Assembly: GCA_963851235.1 (NCBI GenBank)
Contig: CAWKOM010000007.1
Coordinates: 109,429-173,428, forward strand
Direction: 5' to 3'
DNA: 64,000 bases
Source: an uncultured Acidobacteriota bacterium
GTDB taxonomy: Bacteria > Acidobacteriota > Terriglobia > Acidiferrales > UBA7541
The position numbers and the translations under genes are program-made. The notes under the pieces are model-generated. The model did not search any database, was not told where the DNA came from, and worked only from the letters and a program-made list of their open reading frames with translations. Every line of letters starts with the position of its first letter. Positions within the stretch are counted from its first letter, which is position 1. Positions 39,084 to 46,913 of the stretch are shown here, piece after piece.

Positions 39084-40305
39084 TACCTCCCTTCCGGTCG
39101 TTGTTCTCCGGCCGGACCATCATGGCTCGCTCTGTCTGATCCGGACTCTAGGAAGAATCGGCGTTCCCGTCTACGGAGTTGGAAGTCAGCTTCGCTCCGC
39201 CGGTATGGTTTCTCGGTATTGCCGCGACAAATTTATTTTCCCGGACGGCGCATCAAGTGCGCAGGCGCAAGTTGACTTTCTGAAGGAGGTTATGAGAAAG
39301 ATCGGATCGCGCCCGCTGCTTACATGCACGAACGACGTCTCCAGCACGTTTATCGCGGAGAATTCCGCCGTCCTTCGCGAGTCTTTCCTCTTCCCCAACA
39401 TTTCCAGCGACCTCGTCCAGACTCTTACCGACAAGAAACTCATGTATTTCCTCGCGAAAAAGCTTGATATCCCCACGGCAGAAACTTCCTTCCCTCAGTC
39501 TCGTCAGGACGTGTTGAATTTTCTCGAAGGGGACGCCGTGTCTTTCCCGATCATGCTAAAAGGGATTGACGGCGCTGCCCTCGAGCGTCGGGGAAAGCCT
39601 AAGATGGTCATCGTCCGCACTCCCCAGGAACTTCTCCAGCAGTACGACTGGATTGAGGACCCGGCCAATCCAAATCTCATGCTTCAGGAGTACATTCCGG
39701 GCGGCGACAATTCCGTCTGGATGTTTAACGGCTATTTTAACGCAAATTCCGATTGCTTATTCGGCATTGCAGGTCAGAAGCTCCGGCAGCACCCTGTCTA
39801 TACCGGCGCGACATCCTTGGGGATCTGTTTGCGAAACGAGGTGGTCGAGGAAACCACGAAAAGATTAATGAAATCTGTGGGTTATCGCGGCGTGCTGGAT
39901 ATCGGCTATCGGTACGACGAGCGTGACGGAAAGTACAAGGTTCTGGACATCAATCCCAGAGTGGGCGCCACATTCCGTCTCTTTCTCGATCAAAATGGCA
40001 TGGATGCGGTGCGCGCCATGTATCTCGATCTTACTGGCCAAGCAGTCTCCGTTTCTCCGCCTCGCGTGGGCCGCAAGTGGGTCGTCGAGAACGGTGATAT
40101 CATCTCGTTCCACGACTACCATCGCGACGGTAAACTCACCTTCTTTCAGTGGATCCGGTCATTCAAGGGTGTGCAGGAAGCGGCATGGTTTGCCTCAGAC
40201 GACCTGGCTCCTTTCTTACTGATGTTGCGCGGGCTTGCGAGCAGATTCTTGCTCTGGCTGCGAGCCAAGCTCTCTCTCCGAGCGCGCGCCGGCCCGGCTG
40301 CATGA
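39070..40305 (+). CDS. ATP-grasp carboxylate-amine ligase (D-aspartate-ligase-like family)
   Basis: L..IRTLGR.G.PV, L.DK..MY, FPIMLK, MLQEYIPG, KLRQHP, D.RDG.YK.LDINPR; 14-nt overlap with comB. Confidence 0.85.
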   Translation: MQTFDTSLPVVVLRPDHHGSLCLIRTLGRIGVPVYGVGSQLRSAGMVSRYCRDKFIFPDGASSAQAQVDFLKEVMRKIGSRPLLTCTNDVSSTFIAENSAVLRESFLFPNISSDLVQTLTDKKLMYFLAKKLDIPTAETSFPQSRQDVLNFLEGDAVSFPIMLKGIDGAALERRGKPKMVIVRTPQELLQQYDWIEDPANPNLMLQEYIPGGDNSVWMFNGYFNANSDCLFGIAGQKLRQHPVYTGATSLGICLRNEVVEETTKRLMKSVGYRGVLDIGYRYDERDGKYKVLDINPRVGATFRLFLDQNGMDAVRAMYLDLTGQAVSVSPPRVGRKWVVENGDIISFHDYHRDGKLTFFQWIRSFKGVQEAAWFASDDLAPFLLMLRGLASRFLLWLRAKLSLRARAGPAA

Positions 40306-40497
40306 TCCGTGGGGGCGTTCGGTGGCTCCTTTCATGCCAAATTTCATTCTGCTTGGCAGGCAGTGGACTTTGGCGCATTGCTGAGAGTTAGAATTTCAGT
40401 AAATAAGTTCAACAATCTGGGTAGGCTCGCACCGCGGTGTATTCACTCCGCAGACACTTTGACGCGGGTTTATGGCAGAATCATAGAGGTCGCTGTC

Positions 40498-41403
40498 ATG
40501 CATACTTCGCCGGTTTCGGCGCCGTTAAGCACCCACGCTACAGCTGCACCACCTGTCCCCCAATTTGTCACTGGTCTTCTTCAATCGCTTCTTCTGGCCG
40601 CGCTGCTATTCTTTCTTTACTTTGGGATAATCAAAAGCCTCATCGCGCAATGGATCCGGGATCCCAATTATTCTCACGGCTTTCTTATCCCGGTTTTTTG
40701 TGCTTGGGTCATTTGGAAAGAAAGACAAAGAATTTTCAGTGGCGTGAAAAACCCTTCCTGGTTGGGGCTTCCCATCATTCTCGGCTCTGTCGGCATCCTT
40801 CTGCTTGGCGTTTTGGGCGCTGAGAACTTCCTCTCCCGCGTTTCATTGCTCTTCCTTCTCGCCGGAATGATCATCTACTTGTATGGTTGGAAGTTGTTCC
40901 GAACAGTGCTTTTCCCATGGGCTTGCCTGTTTTTGATGATTCCGATTCCCGCTATCATATTTTCTCAGATCGCGCTCCCGCTGCAGTCAGAAGCCGCAAA
41001 GCTCGCCAGCGGTATGCTCTCTCTCGTCGGCGTTCCCGTTCTTAGAGAGGGCAACATAATTCAGCTTCCCTCCATCACTCTGGATGTAGTCGAAGCGTGT
41101 AGCGGCCTTCGCTCTCTCGTTTCTCTGATCACCTTGGCGGTCATTTGCGGCTACCTTTTTGGCTCCCGGCCTCTCAATCGATTGCTGCTCGTTATCGTCG
41201 CCGTCCCTGTCGCAGTGGTGGCCAATGGTTTCCGCATCATGGGCAGCGGCCTTCTAGGTGAATACTGGAGCCCGGATAAAGCCGAGGGTTTCTTCCACCT
41301 GTTTTCCGGACTGTTCGTCTTTCTAGTATCCTTCGCGATGCTGATTGCCGTCCAAGGCGCCCTGACGCTGCTGGACCATCGATTTCGACGGAGTTCTGCC
41401 TGA
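40498..41403 (+). CDS. xrt: Exosortase (XrtA/EpsH family)
   Basis: W..DPNYSHG, EACSGLRSL (Cys), ANGFRI (Arg), FFHLFSG (His); ATG 40498 with GAGG upstream. Confidence 0.93.
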   Translation: MHTSPVSAPLSTHATAAPPVPQFVTGLLQSLLLAALLFFLYFGIIKSLIAQWIRDPNYSHGFLIPVFCAWVIWKERQRIFSGVKNPSWLGLPIILGSVGILLLGVLGAENFLSRVSLLFLLAGMIIYLYGWKLFRTVLFPWACLFLMIPIPAIIFSQIALPLQSEAAKLASGMLSLVGVPVLREGNIIQLPSITLDVVEACSGLRSLVSLITLAVICGYLFGSRPLNRLLLVIVAVPVAVVANGFRIMGSGLLGEYWSPDKAEGFFHLFSGLFVFLVSFAMLIAVQGALTLLDHRFRRSSA

Positions 41404-42053
41404 TGCCTCCGTTCTGTTCTTGGAAGAGGTTCGTTCCTTTGGCCCTGGTTCTTGTAGCTGCGGTGGCTCTCCTGAACGCCAGGAGCCGCGTCGAGATTCT
41501 GCCGCCTCCTGTGGAACTCTCTTCCTTCCCCTTGGTCCTGGGACCCTGGCAGGGCATCGATTTAAACCTATCCCAGGGCGAATTGCAGGTTCTTGGGCCA
41601 GGTCAATTCCTCTTGCGCAACTACCTCAATACGAAGGACCAGTCGGTGGCCAACTTGTTTGTTGCGTACTTCCCTTCTCAGCGTTCTGGCGACACGATTC
41701 ACTCCCCCAAGAATTGCATCCCCGGCTCCGGCTGGGCTCCGCTTTCTTCTACATATTTTCCGATCCGCCGTCCCGACGGATCCACGATGGTCGTGAACCG
41801 CTATATTGTTGCTAAGGGAGGTGATCGCGACCTCGTGTTTTACTGGTATCTGGCCCACAATCGCGTCGCCGCAAATGAATACTATGCAAAAATTCTTCTT
41901 GTGAGGGACGCTATTCACCTAAACCGCACCGATGGTTCTTTGATCCGCGTCGTGGTTCCCATTTCTGGAAGGGACGAAAATGCGGCTCAGTCACGCGGCT
42001 TGGATTTCATTCGACAGCTTCTGCCCGTCTTGGACAGGTTCATTCCGCACTGA
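41403..42053 (+). CDS. epsI: EpsI family exosortase-associated protein
   Basis: FP..LG.W.G, LFVAYF.SQR, HSPKNCIPGSGW, VFYWY, RTDGSLIR; adjacent to exosortase. Confidence 0.9.
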   Translation: MPPFCSWKRFVPLALVLVAAVALLNARSRVEILPPPVELSSFPLVLGPWQGIDLNLSQGELQVLGPGQFLLRNYLNTKDQSVANLFVAYFPSQRSGDTIHSPKNCIPGSGWAPLSSTYFPIRRPDGSTMVVNRYIVAKGGDRDLVFYWYLAHNRVAANEYYAKILLVRDAIHLNRTDGSLIRVVVPISGRDENAAQSRGLDFIRQLLPVLDRFIPH

Positions 42054-42092
42054 CCGATTTCCTGGGTTTCCTGCAGTGATGGGAGTGAGAGA

Positions 42093-43082
42093 GTGACCAA
42101 CACTTTGCCGAAAGTTCTGCTAACCGGTGGCGCTGGTTTCATTGGTTCACACCTGGCTGAAGCACTGCTCCGCCGCCATTACCCCTTAGCCATCATCGAC
42201 AATCTCAATGAATTCTACCCTTCTGCTTGGAAGCGTTCGAATCTAGCGGAGGTCCGCCTCGTCAGCGATTTTGATTTCTTTCCCTCCGACATCCGTGATT
42301 TCCCAGAGTTGCTCAAAATTTTCGAAAAGGTACAGCCGTCCATTGTGATTCACTTGGCGGCCCTCGCCGGCGTCCGCCCTTCAATTGAACGCCCTCTCGA
42401 ATATGACCAAGTCAACGTGGCCGGCTCGGCGAATATTCTTGAATTGTGCCGCGAATTCCACGTACAGAAACTCATTTTTGGCTCGTCCAGCTCGGTTTAC
42501 GGCGCCACCAGTGTCGCTCCCTTCTCCGAAAATCACGTGGAATTGCGCCCCATCTCTCCTTACGCTGCAACCAAGCTTAGCAACGAACTTATGTGCTACA
42601 CCTACTCCCACCTCTTTGGCCTCCCCGTGAGTTGCCTGCGCTTCTTCACGGTCTACGGCCCTCGTCAGCGGCCCGATTTAGCTATCTACAAGTTCACTTC
42701 TCTTCTCGAAGCCGGCAAGCCGCTCCCGGTCTTCGGCGATGGCCAGACAGGCCGCGACTATACCTTTGTCGACGACATTGTCTCTGGAATTTTGGGAGCC
42801 GTCTCTTTCGAATCTCCAGCCTCCTCCGCCGCACCCTTTGAAGTGTTCAATCTCGGGAACTCGAGTCCGGTTAAGCTCAACGAATTAATCGAACACCTAG
42901 AACGGGCGACGGGTCGCAAAGCCATCCGCCAACAATTGCCGATGCAGCCGGGGGACGTCCCTCTCACCTGGGCTGACATTTCTAAAGCCAAGCGCATGCT
43001 GGGTTACCACCCTGCAACTAAACTGGACGAGGGGTTGCGCCGCTTTGTCGCCTGGTTTCGATCAGTCAAGTCATCGCGTTGA
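42093..43082 (+). CDS. NAD-dependent NDP-sugar epimerase (UDP-glucuronate 4-epimerase-like SDR)
   Basis: TGGAGFIG, HLAALAGVR.S, SSSSVYG, YAATK, RFFTVYGP..RPD, RDYTFVDD, QPGDV. Confidence 0.92.
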   Translation: MTNTLPKVLLTGGAGFIGSHLAEALLRRHYPLAIIDNLNEFYPSAWKRSNLAEVRLVSDFDFFPSDIRDFPELLKIFEKVQPSIVIHLAALAGVRPSIERPLEYDQVNVAGSANILELCREFHVQKLIFGSSSSVYGATSVAPFSENHVELRPISPYAATKLSNELMCYTYSHLFGLPVSCLRFFTVYGPRQRPDLAIYKFTSLLEAGKPLPVFGDGQTGRDYTFVDDIVSGILGAVSFESPASSAAPFEVFNLGNSSPVKLNELIEHLERATGRKAIRQQLPMQPGDVPLTWADISKAKRMLGYHPATKLDEGLRRFVAWFRSVKSSR

Positions 43083-43112
43083 TTGTCGCAACATAACTTC
43101 GCATCGCAAGCT

Positions 43113-44579
43113 TCAGTCCTCCACGACGTGCGTCTCAAATACCTTGCGATACTCCCGCCACTTGTCCCAGTCAAAACTTCCGTCTCTTCGGAGACAGTTC
43201 ACTGCCGAATAGGCCATATACAACGCATGATGCGTGTTGTCGTGTGCAAAGAGTCCCTGTCGTCCAAACGTCAGCAATCCGTCCATTCCCTCGAGCCACC
43301 GGTCCACAATTCCGAACCATTCTTCATAACCCGCTCGATAGCTTGGATACGCCTGCCGCAGTCGCCGCGTCTTCACTTCCAGGACGGCTGCTTTTACCGG
43401 TAATCCAGCTGCTCCCAGCCACGAACATAGCGCCTGCCCCAATTCTTCATCGCTCATCGTCCATTCTCGAGAATTAGGATCCGCCGGCAATTCAGCGCAA
43501 AGGACCGTGCGATTCGTGGGCTCCGAGGTGCCTGTGTAATTCTTTGGCTCTGATAAGCGGGATATGGGAATGGATTCTTCCGGAAAATAATGGGCGTCGT
43601 ACTCCGTGAATTGCTGTTGCTCAAGCACGAGATAGATCAGGATCATCCCGCGAAAATCGATCTTCGTAGCGGCGGCACGTACTTCCGGTGGCGCTTCCGG
43701 CCGCATACAATTGGCCAGCACCGTCAAAGGCAACGTGGACCAGATCAGCCCCGCCTTGATCACGTGTTCGCTGCCGTTTTGTTCGTAACGCACGGCGGTA
43801 ACTTTCTGGCCTTCGCGTTCGATCCCCGTAATTTTTGCGCTAAACAAAAATTCCGCGCCGCCCTTGCAGGCTCCTTCATATAGCCGTTCCGAGATTTCTC
43901 CGTAGCCCCTCCGCGGATAATAGAATTTGCCCGCGCTGGGCGGTTTCAAGCCCGGAATCGATGACGCAATTTTTCTGATCATCTTGGGTAGCGAATTCGC
44001 GGAAACTCGCCGCCTGGCCTGCGTCACGGAGAGTTGCTCTGGAGGCATTCCCCATAGTTTCCTGGCGTAAGGAAAGTAGAAGTCCCTGCAAATCGTTCGC
44101 CCCAGTGAACGTTCCAGAACTGTGGCGAACGTTTCTGATTTCGACCCGCCCTGGGGGAGCAGCTTGCGCACCATGTCGGTGGCCACTCCGAAAGTGAAGG
44201 ATTTCGGAAGGTGCAGCACCAAATCCAGTGGCTTCAGCGGGAAATGGATCCAGTGTCCTCGCAGCCGGATTCGGCCGTGGCGCGGCCTCAGAAGCAAGTC
44301 GCCGCCCAGCACGTTGCTCAAATCCTTCAGAATTTCTGGATCGCAGGCGGGATGCAGTCGATGGCTTCCATAATCCACCCTCATGCCGCCAACTTCGAAG
44401 CTCCCTGCGTTCCCTCCTACCGTATCGCGCTGCTCCAAAACCGTCACTTGGGCTATTCCGGTGCGCATCAGTTGATAGGCGGCGCCGGTTCCGGCGGGCC
44501 CTGCGCCTAGAATAATCACCCGCGGTCGCGAGCTGCTCTTGGCCTCGTCTTGCATTTCTCTGGGCAGACTGTTCTCCAC
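43113..44579 (-). CDS. FAD-dependent oxidoreductase, UDP-galactopyranose-mutase/protoporphyrinogen-oxidase-like
   Basis: IILGAGPAG, GG...S.......D.GSHR.H, K.WG, YYPRRG, GRQGLF.H.N..HA. Confidence 0.8.
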   Translation of the reverse strand: MENSLPREMQDEAKSSSRPRVIILGAGPAGTGAAYQLMRTGIAQVTVLEQRDTVGGNAGSFEVGGMRVDYGSHRLHPACDPEILKDLSNVLGGDLLLRPRHGRIRLRGHWIHFPLKPLDLVLHLPKSFTFGVATDMVRKLLPQGGSKSETFATVLERSLGRTICRDFYFPYARKLWGMPPEQLSVTQARRRVSANSLPKMIRKIASSIPGLKPPSAGKFYYPRRGYGEISERLYEGACKGGAEFLFSAKITGIEREGQKVTAVRYEQNGSEHVIKAGLIWSTLPLTVLANCMRPEAPPEVRAAATKIDFRGMILIYLVLEQQQFTEYDAHYFPEESIPISRLSEPKNYTGTSEPTNRTVLCAELPADPNSREWTMSDEELGQALCSWLGAAGLPVKAAVLEVKTRRLRQAYPSYRAGYEEWFGIVDRWLEGMDGLLTFGRQGLFAHDNTHHALYMAYSAVNCLRRDGSFDWDKWREYRKVFETHVVED

Positions 44580-44619
44580 GTTGTAGAGTTCTCTTTTCCT
44601 ATTAGGCCGTCAGAAGGAA

Positions 44620-45570
44620 TTAGCGGTCGCCTGCTGAGCGTTCTCCCTGGACCGGTTCTTCATCGCTCGTGGAAACTAAGTAGTCGGTCTTTACGCCAAT
44701 AACAGCGTTGGGATTCAATCGCCCTAAACGTGTGGCAATTGCGTCGCCTAGCATTCCGATCAGCAGTATGAGCAATGCGCTCATTAACGCAAGCTGGGCG
44801 GAAGCCGAAATGTTCGGCTGGTGCCTCAAATCGATTGCCATTTTCGTCAGTCCGGCGATTAAGGCAATCAATACAATCGGGAAGAAAACTCTCAATGGCC
44901 GGAACAACATCACAGTCCGCAGGATCAGAATGAAAAAGCTCCCGGCATCCCACGGCACAATCTTCGATTTGCCTTTGCGCGGCAAGTAATCTATCGTCAG
45001 ATACGAAACCGCGTATTTGTCGCAAAGCATCGCAAGCGTGATCGTAGTTGTCCAACTGAACTGATCCGGAAGAATCGGAAAGTACTGCATCACGATGTCC
45101 CGCCGGAATGCCCGCAGGCCGCTGTTTAAATCGGAAATTTTCGTCCCCGTCATGTAATTTGCAACCAGATTCAACACCATCTTCGCGGGACGCCGGATCA
45201 GTGGAATTTTCACAGTGCTTCCCACTCGCGCTCCCACCACCATGTCGGCGTGCTCCAGCTTAGCCAGCATTTCCGGAATGTATCGCGCTGGATAGGTTCC
45301 ATCCGCATCGGTGATCACGATGTATTCGTGCGTCGCTGCAGCGATGCCTGTCTTCAACGAAGCCCCGTACCCTCGGTTACTCCGATGTCGCAGCACTCGC
45401 GCTCCGGCTGTCGCCGCCCTCTTCGCCGTCTCGTCTTTTGAGCCGTCATCCACCACGATTATTTCCGGCTCAATGCCGTTCTTTCGGATGATCTCTTGCA
45501 ACTCCTTGATGACCGATCCGACCGCGCCCTCTTCATTAAAGGCGGGAATGATCACGCTTACCGTTTTCAC
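44620..45570 (-). CDS. GT2, DPM1-like (polyprenyl-phosphate glycosyltransferase)
   Basis: IIPAFNEE, VVDDGS.D.T, NRGYG, ITDADGTY, D.NSGLRAF, two C-terminal TM helices. Confidence 0.88.
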   Translation of the reverse strand: MKTVSVIIPAFNEEGAVGSVIKELQEIIRKNGIEPEIIVVDDGSKDETAKRAATAGARVLRHRSNRGYGASLKTGIAAATHEYIVITDADGTYPARYIPEMLAKLEHADMVVGARVGSTVKIPLIRRPAKMVLNLVANYMTGTKISDLNSGLRAFRRDIVMQYFPILPDQFSWTTTITLAMLCDKYAVSYLTIDYLPRKGKSKIVPWDAGSFFILILRTVMLFRPLRVFFPIVLIALIAGLTKMAIDLRHQPNISASAQLALMSALLILLIGMLGDAIATRLGRLNPNAVIGVKTDYLVSTSDEEPVQGERSAGDR

Positions 45571-45696
45571 GAACCCACCCTTCTCGCTTCCCTATTCAGG
45601 AAACTCCTTCACGCGCCATCTCACCCAATCTGCTCTTCTTGGATTTTCTTGTCCGGAGTTTTCTCCGGTACCCTTCCACCCTAGCTCATCTTTCCG

Positions 45697-46287
45697 CTAA
45701 ACGACAAAGGGTATGAAGCGCTTCGTGCGCTTTAGGTAAGGATCATATCCGCTCAGCTCTTTCGCCAGAAGCTTCTCTTCCTTCACCGCTCTAAAAAACA
45801 CCACTGGAATCAGCAGCACTCCTCCCAGCACCAACCATGAATTCAACGCAAGTTCCAGGCCCACCAGGAGCAGCACGTCTCCCGTATATATCGGGTGCCG
45901 AATGTACGAGTACACTCCTTGCGAGACTACCGGCCTCTGCTCCGCGGCTCGCGGCGTCTCGATATCCGACCAGCTTTCCCCCAGTTGCAGCCGCCCCAAA
46001 ATTGCTGTACCCAAGCCGATCGTGTATAAAATCACACCGACGATTCGCAGGCGGAATGGGTCCGCCGTTATAGGAAACAGCTCTGCTGGCAGCCCATACT
46101 TTGAAAACAAGGGGAGCGCCGTTTGAAGGAGTATCCCCAGCAATATCCCCACTTTTATCGATTTGACGATAAGTAAACGTGCACTTTGCGGACCCTTGGG
46201 CGCCGCCGCCCCCCTGCGCTTGAGGACTTCCCATAGCGCTTTGTGCACGAGCAATCCGGCAAGCAGATAGGCACAGACGAGTGACAT
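45697..46287 (-). CDS. Isoprenylcysteine carboxyl methyltransferase (ICMT/PEMT) family membrane protein
   Basis: QLG..WS, GVY..IRHPIY.G, EE..L....GY..Y...T.RFIP. Confidence 0.88.
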   Translation of the reverse strand: MSLVCAYLLAGLLVHKALWEVLKRRGAAAPKGPQSARLLIVKSIKVGILLGILLQTALPLFSKYGLPAELFPITADPFRLRIVGVILYTIGLGTAILGRLQLGESWSDIETPRAAEQRPVVSQGVYSYIRHPIYTGDVLLLVGLELALNSWLVLGGVLLIPVVFFRAVKEEKLLAKELSGYDPYLKRTKRFIPFVV

Positions 46288-46714
46288 TTCGGCCTCTTGT
46301 TTCGCTTAAGCGCTGACGCGGTCTCTTGCAACTGCCGGTCTTCGCTTTGTCTACCAGATTTCGAAAGAAGTCTTCCGTCGAGAATCAAAAGTATCTTACT
46401 GACCGCAGACTTCGCGTTCAACCCTAATCCCAGCAGTCTGTGTTCTCGCTATTCCGCCCCACATGAATTTGGCGGCTTCCGGATTTGATTTCAGGTCTCT
46501 GCAACTCCTGAGTTTGCAACACTTTTCTCATTGGGACTCAACCCTTTACTTCTTCTGCTCATCCTGATCATCTGCGCTGCCCTTCTCTTCCGCGTAGGCT
46601 CTCCCCGAATCTACTGCACCCCCTGTTTGAGCAAAGTGCAAAACATTTCATCGAATGAGTAGACTGTTTCCGAGATCCCTCATGGGCGGAGGACGCGATC
46701 CTTGCATCTGGATA

Positions 46715-46740
46715 TAACTATTTTGTTTTCAATGAGATAC
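46715..46740 (+). promoter_or_regulatory. 26-bp AT-rich IHF-like box
   Basis: TAACTATTTTGTTTTCAATGAGATAC. Confidence 0.5.
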
Positions 46741-46762
46741 ATCTGTATATCCTAAAATACCC

Positions 46763-46778
46763 TGGCACCCCAAGTGCT
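46763..46778 (+). promoter_or_regulatory. Candidate sigma54 promoter for the Big_2 surface protein
   Basis: TGGCACCCCAAGTGCT (TGGCAC-N5-GTGCT). Confidence 0.7.
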
Positions 46779-46913
46779 CATCTCCGCCATGACCGAGTGC
46801 AATTAGTGCACTGGGATGATGCATTTTTTTGCGTCGACTCGCGAGGCCATCACTCCTGCCATCACTTATGGGGCGAGCCCGCGGCAAGAAAATCTATCTT
46901 TGGAGTCGCTCAA

